Origin: Geosiphon pyriformis uo1
Lineage: Eukaryota > Fungi > Glomeromycota
Direction: 5' to 3'
NCBI GenBank assembly: GCA_016748015.1
Contig: JAAOMT010000372.1
Location: forward strand, 434,074 to 498,000
DNA length: 63,927 nt
Shown piece after piece: positions 36,983 through 52,209 of this stretch. Every line of letters begins with the position of its first letter. The first letter of the stretch is position 1. A program made the position numbers and the translations under genes. The notes beneath the pieces are model-generated. The model was given only the letters and a program-made list of their open reading frames with translations. It was not told the origin of the DNA and searched no databases.

Positions 36983-39681
36983 ATGAAACCTTTTGAATCA
37001 AACATCTCTAATTTAGAGAACGATGACCCAAGTTGTTTTCTTGATTTTGACGATAATAGAGAAAACGTTCACACAACGGAAGTCCCGAACGAAACAGAGG
37101 CATTCGAAGAGGATAATTCGTCTGATGATTCGAGCCTACTCGCCGACGACTTTGCCAAAAAACATTTCGTTCTCGACTCGTTTATCACTCGTCTAGGGAT
37201 GGGGAAATTTCAAAAGCAGCTCTTGGTTAGTAAACATTTTTTCGAAAGTTTTTTTTGAGAAAATAATCAAATGAAGTCTCCTGTTCATTTTTAAGTATTG
37301 CACCTTCTTTCGTGATAGGGTTTCAAGTGGTACAGCTGATTTCAGCAATAACATTTTTCCCTCGTTGTTTTCAGGTACTCTGTGGGTTTGGTTGGCTTGC
37401 CGATAATGTAAGTTTTTTGAAACATAGATTTCATTGATTTATCCAAAATATAGTTACAATGATTGAATATTCAAGCTCTTCTTTATTGTTTCATCAAGAT
37501 GTGGCTGCAGGTAATCTTCTCCACTTATTGATTAGGATTCACAGAATTTCATTTCAGTGTTTCATAAGCGGGTCACTCAAAATTTCACAGCTGTGGGATA
37601 GGGTTTTGTAAGATTTTGGCAAATTCGTCGTAATCCCTTCATGTTTTCTTAATTGGCATTTTGGTAAGGCACTGTAAGTTTCAACTTTTTGGTTGTAATA
37701 AGTTTTCCAAATGCCAATTAAGCTTGAATGACAAATCACAGTAATTTTCTGGACAAGCTCAACTTGATTTTCATCTTATTTGATCCTGCAGACGAATTTC
37801 ATCATCTATAACTGGCTTCTTGCTTGATTTATCATTATATATTTCTGTTTGGTCACGTTTATTTTATAATTTAGTGCATAGCTGTAATATTGCCTAGAGT
37901 TCAAGGTTAGTAGTTTGATTTGCAATCATTCTATATACAGTTCCAATGTTTACTTATTTGATGGATATTTATTCCACCCATTCCTTAGTTCATTATGATA
38001 TTCCTGATAGATTAATTGGAGCTTTATCAAGCTCGGTCTTTACCGGAATGATGTTTGGGGCTATATTCTGGGGCATCCTTTCTGACACGAATGGTCGTAA
38101 ACTAGCCTTTAATTTGACACTAGCTGTTACAGCATTTTTCGGAATATTTTCGAGCTTTGCCCAGAGCTTTTTACAACTTTGCCTCAGTTTATTCTTCTTG
38201 GGTTTTGGAGTTGGCGGTAACATGCCAGTTGATGGTAAGTATAACATTGAGGCGTTCATAGTTCTAGATCGGATATTGAGAATGTTTTATAAAAAATTCA
38301 TTTGATTTATAGGTGCCCTTTTCCTCGAATTTATCCCCAAAGAAAATCAATATTTACTCACTGTCTTATCTGTGTTCTTCTCCTTCGGGGCAGTCCTTAC
38401 ATCGATAATTTCATATATTGTATTACCGCCTAATAGTTGCCCAGAGGTTCAGAAATCCAAAGATATTTTACCCAAATGTGATATTGATAGGCAGAATAAT
38501 GGTTGGAGATATATGTTGGCCATCTCAGGATTTTTGGTTCGAATTTTTATATCTTCAAAATGAAAAAAGTCCCGATAAACTTTTTTCTTAATGATTCATA
38601 TTTATTTAGACCCTCTTGATGCTTATTGCACGCGTCTTCCTCTTCCGTCTTCAAGAGTCGCCCAAATTTTTACTTTCCAATAATCGGAAACATGATGCTG
38701 TGGTAGTCTTGCGCAAAATTGCGAGAATAAATGGCACGCCGATGCAAATACGCGTATGCGATTTCCCCTCGACACCAGTTTTTGAAAACTCCGCTATTCT
38801 TACATCGCCTTCCCATTCTACCTCATTCCCATTCCCTAATGAATATTCTGAGGATCCCCTTATCAACTTTCTCTCCAACCCTGTTTCTTACGTCCAACAG
38901 AAAATCAGATCAAAGACCTTATCGGTCAAACCATTATTTAACACAAAGTGGCTCAAAACAACTTTACTCGTATGGGCTATATGGGGCTTCGTTGGGTTTG
39001 CTTATACTATGTTCAACGTTTTCTTGCCTAAATATCTGGAGGATTTGGGATTAGGTGATATTGAGGACGATGGGGAGAATAGTAGCATAAAGGAGGCTTT
39101 GAAAGATTATTTAATTTATTCAATTTGTGGAGTTCCTGGATCCCTGGTAAAATACTTTTTGTTTCCCTTTTGTTAAATTTCTTTGCTATCTTTCATATCT
39201 GGATCTCATCACTTTTGTATATACAGGTCGGGGCATTTTTGATAGAAACGGGACTTGGTCGAAAAGGCACCATGGCCATTGCTACATTTGGCACCTCTCT
39301 CTCTGTCTTTCTATTTATCTCGGTACTTACACCTACTGGAATGACGGTGTCATCTGCTTTAGTGAGCTTTTTAGCAACCCTGAACTATGCCGTTATATAC
39401 GGGTATACCCCTGAGGTCTTTGAATCAAAATTAAGAGGAACCGCTTGCGGGATCAGTTCAGCTGTTGGGAGAATGTAAGTTTACCAATTGACGAATGATC
39501 AAATTAAAAATTCCTAATAATTTTTTTTTTTGATAGTTCTGGAATTATCGCACCTGTTGTAACTGGGGGACTCCTTTCGATTAGTATAAGTGTGCCTTTA
39601 TACGTCTCTGCAATACTATTTGGGATTTCAGGCGTTTTTATGTTAATGTTGCCCATTGAAACGAGGGGGCGACAGGCCTGA
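36983..39681 (+). CDS. MFS transporter, SV2/SVOP-like. Exons 36983-37225, 37375-37407, 37499-37510, 37875-37905, 37989-38234, 38313-38536, 38610-39146, 39227-39474, 39537-39681
   Basis: Spliced motifs LGMGKFQKQLLVLCGFGWLADNMWLQCIAVILPRVQ, GILSDTNGRK, GFGVGGNMPVDGALFLEFIP, GWRY, LQESPKFL, GLGRKGT, YTPEVFESKLRGTACG, LPIETRGR. All introns are GT-AG. Confidence 0.93.
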
Positions 39682-40199
39682 AGAGAAATCTTGAACGACG
39701 AGCTTTCGATGACATAAATATAATATATTTATTCTAATTACCTGATTTTCATTACTTCTAAAATTAATGATTCAATAGCAGCCATTTTGGGGAGTAAAGG
39801 ATATATCGAACTGGTGACGAATTCGGGTTTAAAATTCGATTTATTATCTTTTGATATTAGTATCTTAATAATTTAATCAATTTTATATGTGAAGCCTTAA
39901 ACCAAAGTTCCCGGTGTTATTTTATTTTCAGCGATCATTGTGAAACCAAACCTCATGCTTTAAGCAGCATGACAAATCAATAGTCATATCATTGTTGAGT
40001 TTTCTGGTATAAATTATTTTTTACCAGGATGGCGTTTTCACTAATGTAGATTTGTGATAAATGATTTAACAATGTAATGCAGTATCAAAAAGTTGACCCT
40101 AAAAGGTTTTGTTTTATTGAATCTGTTGTAATACCAAAAGTTATTCAAATATTTCATGCTTGCACAATTTTTTTGGTGTTACATTTAGATTAGCCAAAA

Positions 40200-43100
40200 A
40201 TTATTCAAACTTTTTAAAAAATTAAAATTTATTTTCATTTAATATAATTGTTTTAAAAATATATTTTTTATATTAATTTTTAAAATATAAAAATTATTGT
40301 AAATAAATAAATAAATATATCAAAATACAATATTATTATTATTTCAAAAAATTTAATTAATAATATAAAAATATTATCTAAATATTATAGCTATTAAATT
40401 AAAAATTAAAAGTTTTTTTACGTAAATAATTTAACATATATTATTTTTGTTATTATATAAATTTTAATTGCAAATTTAGTAATACAATCAGTTTTTATGT
40501 AGAGATTTAAATAATATATTTTGTTTATTTTTACTTGATTTGTATATATTATAATTTTTGATTTTAGTGTGTTTTAAGTTTAATTTTTTTGTAATTAAGC
40601 AAAACAATTATTTACATATTTTCTTAAGTTAATAAATTTTGTTTATCTTAATTGTTAATAAAAAATAACATTTCAGTTTTTTCTAAATATAATTATATTA
40701 TTTTAACTGTTTTTCTAACTAATTTTTCAGTTGTAGCTTTTTTACCATCTTTAATAATATTAAGCAATATAATTTTTTTATTTAAATTAACTTTTTACTT
40801 ATTTTTTAATTTTGCATATATTGAAACAAATTTGTTGTTGAAATTTATTTCGTATTTATTACTCAACAAAATACTTGATAAAATTAAAATTATGGCTTTT
40901 ATTTTATTGCTATAAAAAAACCAATTTTTAAACCTTTTAGACATTTTTGAAATAAAAATAACTTTAAATACATTTAAAAAACGACTACATAAACTTCATA
41001 TATATATTTTTGATAAAACAATCTTATAATTAATATAAAATATTTGTTTAGTTTGATTACAATTTAAAAAATCTGTTGTTTTAATAATAAACCATTTTTT
41101 GAAAATTTATATATGAAAAACAATTTGTATATGTTATAAAGTTAAAATATAAACATTTATTAAACATATGACCTGATATCTTTATCAAAAAAATCTCAAT
41201 AGAAATTTATATTTTAATATTTATAAATGTCGATGCTAAGTTTTTTAGCATAAAATAATTTTAAAAATACATTAAAAAATGGTTAAAATAATTTTTAATG
41301 TGTTTATTAAAAATGTCTTCTTTAATTATTATATAATATTATTTTTATTTTTATTTAAAATATTTGGATGATTTTAAAACAAATTTGAATACTTAAAAAT
41401 GCAAATATAAATATTTTTCGATACATTTTTCAAAGTTATTTAAATTTAAAAGACTAGTTCAAAATTTAGTGGTTTTAACATTATGTGTTCTTGTATTATT
41501 TTGTTATAAACATAAACACCACAATTTTCAATTACGAAAAAGTTTTTTAAAGTAAAAAAATATATTTTAATATTAGTACATAAAAAATCTGTAAAAGAGT
41601 CATTAAGAAAATTAAAATATACTAATATAACAATTTTAGTAGTACATTTAAGTTGAGTTATTGTTTTATTTAAATTTAAAATACTATAAATTCAATTTCT
41701 TGAAATTTTTATTTAATCCAAAAATATGATCTAAGATTTGTAGATTTGAATAAAAATTAACAAAACTAAGTAGTTTAATTTTTTCAAATCATTTGTAATG
41801 TTTTTGGTTATTTGTTGTTTAATATTTTTAAAGCAATTTTACAATACAAGAACAGTTTTGGTATTTGTAAAATTATTACGAAAGAATTTAAAGAATTGTT
41901 TTATTTGGTAAAAGGTAATATGTGTTTTTAGAATCATTTATTTGTTGTTTTTTGAAACTTGAATCTTATTTTATTTATTAGTTTTAATAAACAAAGTCAA
42001 TTTATTATAAAGTATTTATTTTTTAAAAGTATTTGATTTTGATTATATAAAAGTTTAATATTTATTCATTGTTTTTTCTAAATAATTTAATGAGTTAAGA
42101 TCGTTTTTCTTTGTTATTTTTGAAAACAACTCTTAATTTATGTAAACTAATTCAAAAATAATATTAAAATTATAACTTGTTAAAAAAAAGAGAAAATATT
42201 AAAATTAAAGATCATTTTTGGTATGTATTAAAGTATTGTTAATTTAAATAAAATAATTATTAGTTGTATTTTATTTTATTTTTTAGTTTAATAAATAATG
42301 TTGTAGTTAAATTCTTGAGCATAATTAAAGAATATTTATTCTTAATTTAATTTTAATATATTAACAAAATCTTGATTGAACACTTTTATACTTTTTTTAT
42401 ATTTCAAATTTAATGTACATGATTAATATTTAATTTTTTGTAGCATTTAAAATTGTTGTTAAATTAAAATAGTCATTTTATTGTTTATTAATTTCAATTT
42501 ATATGTGTCAATTCTGAAAAGCTTTAATAATTTTGATCAAATTTCAATATGAATTAGTTTTAAGCTTAAAATTTGATTTAAATGTACTAATATTTTTTAT
42601 TGTTTTATCAGTGTGATTTAACTGCTAATTTAATTATATTTAATATATATATATATGTTTCTTATTAAACACAGTTTATGCTCTTTCTAAACATAACCAA
42701 CAACCTGAATTAATATTATTGAAATTAATAATTAGTTAAATTTAAAGTTATTAAAAAAAATTATTTTCTTAATTATTATTTAAAAAAAAGAAACTTGCAT
42801 CATTAAATAAAATTTATTTCAAGTTTTAAAACTTCTTAGCTATTAATTTATACATTTATTTTATACATTTCTAATTTCCGAATATTATCTAAACTTTGCT
42901 TAAAATATTTAAATTTTTAATTGCTACAAAACTTAGAATCTTTTATAATTTAATTATTAGTACAAATAATTAACTGGTAAAAATAGTAATTGCTAAAATA
43001 ATAGTATTTTATAAATCTATTTAGTAATTTTTTAATTATTTACAATTAGTAATATTTACAAAAAGATGGTTTTTTGTTAAAAATTCTGCTTTAAAACCAA

Positions 43101-44600
43101 TCATAAATTATATTGTATCTTTTTTTTATATAAAAATTTAATTCGAATAACCGAATTATCTTTTAGTACTGAATATTAAAACTTTAATATAGAAGTAATT
43201 TATTTTATTTGAAATCTTGCATATTTTAACTTTTCATATAAGTATTTTCAAATTTGCTAAAGCTATATATCAAATTCTTTGCTGTGTTATATTTTGTTAA
43301 CTCCAAATTTTATTTTTAAATAAGCAATTATAATCAATTTTTTACATGTATTTCAACTGTGTATTTTATATTAAATATTTGGTTTTGTTGACATAAAATA
43401 TTATTTATTTATAAAAATTATGTGTTTAAAAAATATTATATTTGTAATAAAATTTTTTTAATTATATTGTTTAAGCAACAAAAAATAGTTAAAGTACTTT
43501 AAATAATAAAATATAACTATTCATATTTCTATCCAAAGCTTTGTAAACATTGATTTTATTATTTTTAAAAATAAATTTATATAAATTATTAAACCAAGAT
43601 TTTTTATAATAAAATGTTATTTTATTTGTTATTATGTTATAACCAATTTTAATCGTATACTTTTTGGATTTATAAATAAATAGTTTTTTATTTTTTCGAA
43701 TTTTTTAAATTACAGTATTTTTAATTTGGACATTTTGGTTAAAAGATTTTTAGTAATTTTTTTTTATTTTTGGTATATTAAAAATATATTTTTTAAGATT
43801 GATACATTTTTTTAATAACAGTATTTCCTTTTTCTATTAATGTAAACAAAAGTTTGTTTATAATTTTTTAAGTAAATTTTTAATTTTGTTTATATTATTT
43901 TTTATCTGTTATTGGTTAAAAATAATTCAATAATTATATTTAATGTAATATATAATTACTATATAATATAGTTACAACTATATATTACTTATTTATAACA
44001 TTTGTAATCTTATTTTTTATTTTTGTAAATGTTTTGTTAATAAATTCTCTAAATATTATCTTATTCGATTTTTTAAATTGTTTTGGTAAACATTAAACAG
44101 ACAGTTTTTTTAGTTTTTTATTGTCATTTTGAACTTTTAAAATATTGTTTAATGCTTGTATTCATAATTTAAACTAATAAAATTCTATACAAATCTATAC
44201 TTTATTTAAAAATACCGCTATTATTCTCATTATTAAATCAAAATATTATTAAAAATTAAAAAAAAAACTCAAAGTAATTTGAAAGTATATTGTAACACGT
44301 ATTAAAAATATTGAGTAAAAATAAATAAATAAAAAAAAAACGTTTAAATAAAGATTCAAAATTTTATTTTATTAAGCTTAAAAGATTATTATAAAATTCT
44401 TTTTTTAGTGCACTTTTTAATAAATATATTTTTAGATTATTATTATTACAACAAAGGCAAAAAAATTGATTTCATTTTTAAATATTTATCTTAAACTTTC
44501 AAATTATGATTAATGGTGGATAAATTTTGAAGGCAGCTATTTTTTAAATGTATAATGTAATGTACAAAGCATTTATTGAAGATTTAATGGTGTTATTTTA
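40200..44600. mobile_element. Very AT-rich hypermutated repeat relic, possibly LTR-retrotransposon gag-derived (boundaries approximate)
   Basis: Same composition as the 18-24 kb block. Only weak minus-strand traces: GCWLCLER near 42690 (zinc-knuckle-like) and QQRI*YIALANLK near 43260. Confidence 0.45.
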
Positions 44601-45890
44601 ACATTTAATAAGTGGAAAATTGGTAAAAAATGAATAATATTTTAAATTTATTACAAATTTTATTTCAGTTTCAAATTCAGCTTTGAAGATTCACATATTG
44701 AGTATTTCAAATTTCAAAAAATAAGCTTTTAGAAATATAATAATTTAAACATATTTAAAGACATTTTTTTATAAAGAAATTAAAAACAGTACATACCATA
44801 TTTTTTCATATGCAAACTTGATCTTATTGATCAACTAATTTAGTGTATTCTTTGCTCAAGACTTTTAATATTTGAGGCAAATTATTGTTTTTGGAATTTC
44901 AGTTATCTTTATGGTATGCTTTAACTCTATTGCTCAAACAAAAGAGATATTTACTATTCCAATATACATATACTCATAATTGTATCAAATTCTTTGATAA
45001 ATCGAATATTAACACAAAAGGCATAGCTAGTAGTAGGGAAAGCGCATACAACCAACCATATGATTTTAAAATCTTGACCTTTTTTGAATATGACCTGGAC
45101 AGTTCCATGGTACTTTAGGGTTCTATTTCTTTTATGATGGTTCAGCGTAAGAGAGCAAATGCCACTGTGTTTTGAATAAATATCGTTAAAACTTGAATCA
45201 ATAATAACAAAACTCAAGATGACAAAAAATAATTGATTTCTTGAAAATTTTATCTGTTCTTATCACCTCATTTTAAATTAATGTTTTTTTAAAATTCAGT
45301 AAATTTATCAAAAGATTTTCATATCTTCAATTCAGCATATCAATTCATCATATATCAATATAGCTTTATCTTGATATCTTTTTTTCATACGCAAAGATCG
45401 TAATAATGCCTAAAAATTTTCCCATTTTGAGCTCATCTAATTTTTAAAAAAATTCTAAGCAACACTTGAAATTTAATTTCTTTTCAATTAATGACCAAAT
45501 CCATACATTAATATGTAAAACTCGTTTTAATGGCTATAATCAAGCTTTAAATTTTCGAAAAAAGAATCAAAGGCCTTGATTATTTAAAAAATTTTATTCC
45601 TCAAGAATTATGGGCCATTCAATCCGAAATTTCAAATAATTTGAAAAATAAAAGTGATGTAAAGGTAAAGATCATTCAGAGAAAGAAATCTCAATTATAA
45701 TTTAAGGTACTGTTTTAATATGAACTGAAATCAAAGAAACATAATTACCAAAGGAAATAAATTTTTTTTGTCTCTTGATTGATATCCTCGGTAGAGTAGC
45801 AACCCATTATTTAATTGTATTACAAAAATCAGGCATACAGGTATACCTTATAAATATATATTTTTGTTCATCGGAATTCAATAATCAGAA

Positions 45891-46663
45891 TTAATTTTTC
45901 ATAGTTTTCACTATAGCCAAAATTATATAAGTGGAAATTCCCAATGAAAGTATACCACTTATTAAACATTTTTGAGCTGAAGAAATTGGTTAGTAAAATA
46001 AAAAGTTTTATTGACAAGTTAAAACTTCAAAATCATCCAAAACCAAATTTTAAAGTTTTACTCACACCATCGTCTTTTCTCTTTTTCTTTAGCACAAATC
46101 CATATTGCACCCACTATCCAAATTGGCCACAAAAGAAATCCAAAAAAGTAAATTTTCTTGGTAATTGACCAAGATCTTTTGGGTTTAGTTGGTTCAATAT
46201 CTTGAAAAGGATCCATATCCATTGTCCAAGGACGATAATATTTTGGCGGCTTATCCTTTATTGATGTAGAATATTGTGGTAGGGATTCAATTGACAAAGA
46301 TCTTCGTGGAAGATGTGCTGCCCGTATTGGAGGTATTACTAAGGGAGTCGATATTGTTGGTGATTTTAGAGGAGAAGAAGAAGAAGAGATGGAACTATTT
46401 GGAGAAACTATACTCTGGGGTGAGGTAACTGCCATAGAAGATGCATTAATGTTTAAATTAATAGTTGATAGTTCATTTGAGAATAAAAATGAACTAGATT
46501 CTTTTTGTGGTTCTGGAAATGCTACAATTTCATTTGAATTTACATCTAGGCTATCTACATTCTGATTTTCTTTTGAATCTAAAGTAGATTTTGTTCTTTG
46601 ATTGCTACTGTCATTGTTACTATAACTGACACTATTTTTTTTATAATTGAATTCCGGATTCAT
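45891..46663 (-). CDS. PY-motif small membrane protein, copy 1. Exons 46066-46663, 45891-45976
   Basis: Ser/Pro-rich N-terminus, then LPQY...PPKY and MDMDPF, then KKIYFFGFLLWPIWIVGAIW...EKRRWSQKCLISGILSLGISTYIILAIVKTMKN*. The intron position is shared with copies 2 and 3. Confidence 0.85.
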
Positions 46664-46957
46664 TAGAGAAAAAAAATTTAACCTGACAAAAATTTTTTGC
46701 ACTTTTTAAATATTTAAAACAGTTCAACTAATGTAACCAACCACGCATATAAAATTATAATCATAAATTAATTTTACTTATATGAAGGACAGATAAACAA
46801 TTTTAGAATTGTGTTTCAATCAAATCATCAAAGAGATTCTTTGTTTTAAATTTTTTTCAAAGCATATAAATGCACTCATGTGGTAGAATTTTTATCGAGT
46901 AATACATTATGTGAATAAAATTTAATATGAATAATAATAATAAAATGCAAAGATCTC

Positions 46958-47006
<49 letters not shown>

Positions 47007-49493
47007 TTTCAAAATAATATTTCTTGCAGAATTGTCGATTAGCAGAAAAGATATTTTTAGTTTGAATTTAAAAAACCAATTAATGCAAAGGTGAGAATGA
47101 ATGAAGAACCAAGAAAAAAAAATTTTTTTACGCGAATAATATTCAATTTATCTATTACTCAATTTTGAAACTGTATTCTATTTCCCTTTTTAGAAAATTT
47201 AGAATAAATTCCTTTGATCATGCATTTGTAAAAAAAAAAAAAAATTGGTCTTAATTTTCCAAAACCTGTTGTAAAAAAAAAAATGGAAGATAGGATTTTA
47301 GATATGAACGCATCCCATTTCATGTTCAAATGTAATGTAGTAGTAAATTTTTTATGTTTTTTATTAATTTAAAACAATAAGAATAAAATGATATGAATTA
47401 AAGATAATAGTGATCCTAGCACTTTTTCATTGTCTTTTTCCTAAAGAATAATATCCTTTGAGACAATAGATAATCGCCATGTATAACGGTTACTCAATAA
47501 TATTGTAAGTGTTGCTGCAACTCAGATGTGACGTTACCAATACACTATGTGCGCAAGAAAATTGGAATTAGCATTGTGTGAGAGACCCAATTAAAATTCA
47601 CTGATCGATAAAGTTCATGTTTTTTCCAGCAAAATAACCAGAATTTACGTCACATCTATTATTTTCTTGTGGCTGGTCATATTTTCCCTTCGTGATTCAA
47701 TAAACAAACAAATTTGGATTCTAGGAAATCAAAATTAAAAATTAGTTGAAAAGAAAAATAAAATTTTACCAGCATTTTATTGCTAATTAATCAATAATAA
47801 TAATAATAATAATAATAATAGTTTATTGAATACATTTATGATGCATTGAGAAATATTTAGTTGTAGATTTAAATAAAAGATCATTTTTATAACAATATCT
47901 TGAAAAATGAGAAATTTTTATTCTTTATTTTTAGTAAACTTTATAATTTCAAAGATAATAAAATTTTCTTTACTTTATTTGATCAAAAATTTATAATACC
48001 AAAAAATTAATTTAAAAAATTATCCCAATTTTGAACAAAAATACCGTATTTCTTTATTTAAAAAAATTAAATTTAAGAAATTGGTACTTGATCAATGACC
48101 AGTTTGACAAATTTGTATTTTGAAATGATTCAATTCCTTAAAAAGTTAAGATTTTATTAAATGAATCAAAAATAAATAAATTATCTTTTATAATATTTTT
48201 TTAATCGAAAATAAAAATAAAAATAAAAATAAAAATAAAAAAATAAAAAGTCTAAATAAAGTTTTAATTTTGCTTTTAAATTCCATCTTTGAGAAAAATA
48301 AATAAAAAAAGATTACCAATTAAAAAAGTTGAAAATTTTTTTCTACAATATATATATTTTGTGAAATTTATTTGAATTTTGCTATTGGTTTCCCTGAAAA
48401 AAAAACAAAAAACAAAAACAAAACAAAAACAAAAACAAAAACAAAAAAACAACTGGTTTCATATTATCTTTAAATAAACTGATCTTTGGATTACCATTTT
48501 TTTTTTGTCAAAACTTTTTTAAACCAATTGTATTCACAGATTTCGAGTAGAACTTGTTTAAATTAAATTTTGGGCTAACATTTTAAAATGAATAATAAAT
48601 TTGATAAATGTAATGTATAAATTATTACAATAAAACATTGCAGATAATCATCTTTTATTATTCTTTTTCTAAATCACTGTTTCCATTTTCTATAAACAAA
48701 GAAAATAAAAAAATTTTTCTTTAAATATATTATTGAATAATAGTTTCATTTTTTATAAACAAAAAGTTCATCAAAATAAAACTTTTTTTTTATATATATG
48801 TTGTATTAAAAAATTCAAACCTATCAAGAATTCTTAAAAGATATTTATATACAATTACTCGAAAAACCAAATTTTTTATTTTACTCATTCATCTCTAAAA
48901 ACATGAAATGCGATCTCATACAGATATGTCATTATACCATTTTCTTTAGTTAAAAATGCATTCTACAAGTTTTTTAATATTACACGAATTTAGGATCTTG
49001 ATTCTTTTAAAAGAAAAAAATCATGCTTGTAAAATATAATATTCAAAAATAATTTCCCTAGATCAAAATATTTCCATCACAAGACAAAAGCGAAAAAAAT
49101 TTAAACCATTCTTTAAATTTGTCATTCACCATGCTTGTAATAAAATTTGTACCATTCATAATGGCAAAATTTTGGTTCATGAAATATAAATTAGTGTAAT
49201 ATTTACTAAAATATATATATATATATTTTTACAATGCTTCGAGGCACAAAAGTAATTTATGCACAAAAATATTGAGCTTTGAATGAGTAGATCCATGGGT
49301 AAGCAATCAAAAAATATTTTTGAACCTATCAACTTGAATTTTTATAACTAAACATAGATATGGTTTGTTAAGTAAAGATATAATTTTTCATTTGGTTTAA
49401 GCCCTTATTTGTCAAACACAATTAATATTATAATTGAAATTTTGCAAAAATTGACCCCTACATACAGTATCTAATGGGATCATGCATAAAAAT

Positions 49494-50310
49494 AAAGAGA
49501 ATAAGCAGGGATAATATCCTTTGTTTAATCGATAAATATAGCTCTTTTATTAAAAAAAAAAAGAAAAAAAAAAGAAGAAACGAATTAGAATTCAAGTTTT
49601 ACAAAAAATCTTTATTATTAATAGAATCGTTAGAAACTATCAAATTAAATATCAGAATATAATGATTTATTTTAAAATTATCTATGTTATCAAGTAAAGA
49701 TCAAGTAAAGTTTAAAAATATTGAGTAGCTTCTAAAAGAGTTTTATTTTTATATTAAAGTAAAAATTGCACTGTGACCTAAATAAAAGAATTTCTATAGT
49801 AAAAACCGATTAATCTTTAGATATAATAATAAGATGTCTTTAACAAAGAATTAAAATTAACCCATCTAATCAAATGTGACTATTAATATTTGTATCAAAA
49901 AAAAAAAGCTTTCAAGAATTCTTGTGTCTACTTTTCTTGGAATTAGCATCGCCACGATTTTTGAGAACAGTGTTTAAAAATTCCCAAAAGTAGAATTAAG
50001 AATGGGATATTTATTATTTTTTAATCGCATTAGCAAACGATCAACATTTGATTATCATTTGGCAGAAATGTGAATGCATAGAATGGCTGATAACATCTCG
50101 CATGCAGATTTTGCGGTATGTACTAGTTTTTTGGCGAATAACATTATTCTAATCTAGTAACTAAGTTTATTAAGGTAACCCAATAAATTAAAAGACTTTT
50201 AGAAACAAAGAATACTTGCGTTGGTCCAATTGATACCGAGGATGAAAATAGTTTGTATTATATTACCGGCTAATGAGACTCTTAGTTCGCATAAATGGTT
50301 CTTTTGTATT
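49494..50310 (+). repeat. Left arm of a ~0.82-kb inverted repeat
   Basis: 49494-49909 is the reverse complement of 55219-55634 with one mismatch seen. 49910-50310 aligns to 54778-55218 with many substitutions and indels. Confidence 0.95.
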
Positions 50311-50803
50311 CAATTGGTATTAAGGGAGAAACCAGTTCTTGGTTCGTCACATTCATAAATTTTAATACCACTCTTAGAATGGGAATGCAGTTTATAAAAT
50401 TTTACACACAATTATTTAAACATGGGCGTTGCATTTTTGAACTTTTAAGATAAGAGAGAACATAGTTGAACGAGACTATTTTAGGAAATTATTATATCTT
50501 TAAATAGATATTGTATATCGTTGTTGAAAAAGTCTTTTATTAAATTTCATAACTACAGAGTTGTTCACTCTCGAAAGTGGTGAAAAACATATTATTTACC
50601 TTAAAAAATTAACCAATAAACTTATTTCACTGATAATCTTATATGTGTTTTTTAATAAATATCTTTCTTAACGTAGAAAGTTTAAACTAAAAAGTTTTTT
50701 TTAATAAATTACTATCCCATGCTTTCATTATCTATTACATGCTTTATTCGGATCATCATTTTTGATATATATAGAGTGTAATTTACACAATACGTATTAC
50801 CTT

Positions 50804-50805
<2 letters not shown>

Positions 50806-50872
<67 letters not shown>
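50806..50872. repeat. (ACT)n microsatellite
   Basis: Directly visible. Confidence 0.95.
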
Positions 50873-51459
50873 TATCTTTGCCTTTATTACGTTTGTGATA
50901 AATACAAATAGGTACACAAAAAAAGACAATGAATTTTTACTCATTTAATATGTTTCATAAATTAAAATTTTTTTAGTATTGTTTTGCCCTATATTTGCCA
51001 TGTGTTTTCAACGAGGAAAATATTAATCTTTTTTTAATATTACTTTCAAAGTGATTTTTTTTAATGGAAAGGATCATCGTCATCATCATCATTATCATCA
51101 TCTTCTTATAAATATCATCAAAGACAGTGAACAGGGAATAGTATTCTTTGTCACATTTTTCTTTTGACTTGTCAAATAATTTTTTTTGTATCGAATATTA
51201 AAGTTACTTGGGCATTAGGTAACTTCCAGTTAAATAAATATATACATATATATATATATAAACCTAATCTGTGGTCGAAGAATTCTTTATTTTCTCCTTA
51301 AATCAATTCAAGTTCATCCCAGTTTTAAAACATTAGACCTTTCTCGGGATAATTTTTATTTTTTTACGTTTATACCCTTTTCTTCACCTTCATTTCCTTC
51401 TTCCCTTTACGAATAATAGTAATTTATATAAATTTTTTCAATAATTTTCTTCTCTTAAA

Positions 51460-52209
51460 ATGGACCAAATGCTTGAAATACCAAGTAAAAGTATTATCAA
51501 TATTAAAATCGATCAAGAAGAAAACAAAAATCATAATGAAGAAAACGAAACCAACTTTTCATACACAACATCCGACCCATTAAACGTTCCCTCAAAACCA
51601 ATATCATTGCCTAAATTAACAACTCTACCGATAAATGTTTCTACACCCACTACTTTTAATTCCCAAGGCAATGACCCAAACTGTTCCATTACAATATCAA
51701 CCTTCAGTCCAACCTTACAAGAAAATATGACTTCAATAACACCACCAAGACCAGTAATACAGCGTCAGAGTTCATCATCTCTTTCGATGGACGAAATTCT
51801 ACCAAAGTATTCAATGGCAGCAAAAGATATGCCACCAAAGTATACCAAATCATGGATGATGGAAATGGATCCATTCCTCTTTTTGGAACCAATACAACCA
51901 CAACTTCCATGGCCTATCACAAAAAAACTATATATTTACGGATTTTTATTTTGGCCTCTTTGGGTTTTAGGCGCTGTATGGATTACTTCTCGACATCAAG
52001 AGAAAAAACGATGGTGTAAGTAATCAGTTTTAATTTTTTAAGCTTTTCTTTAAATTGAAAACGAAATGAACAAATATCCTCATCAAATTTTTTTTTCATA
52101 TTCATATATATTCATAGCAAGACGATGTTTACTAAATAGTTTAGTTGCGATGTCAATATTATCCTATGTTATTGTTGCATCTCTAAAAGTGAATCAAAAA
52201 AAAGCCTAA
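51460..52209 (+). CDS. PY-motif small membrane protein, copy 2 (divergent paralog). Exons 51460-52015, 52118-52209
   Basis: LPKY...PPKY, MEMDPF, KKLYIYGFLFWPLWVLGAVW...EKKRWSRRCLLNSLVAMSILSYVIVASLKVNQKKA*. Confidence 0.87.
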
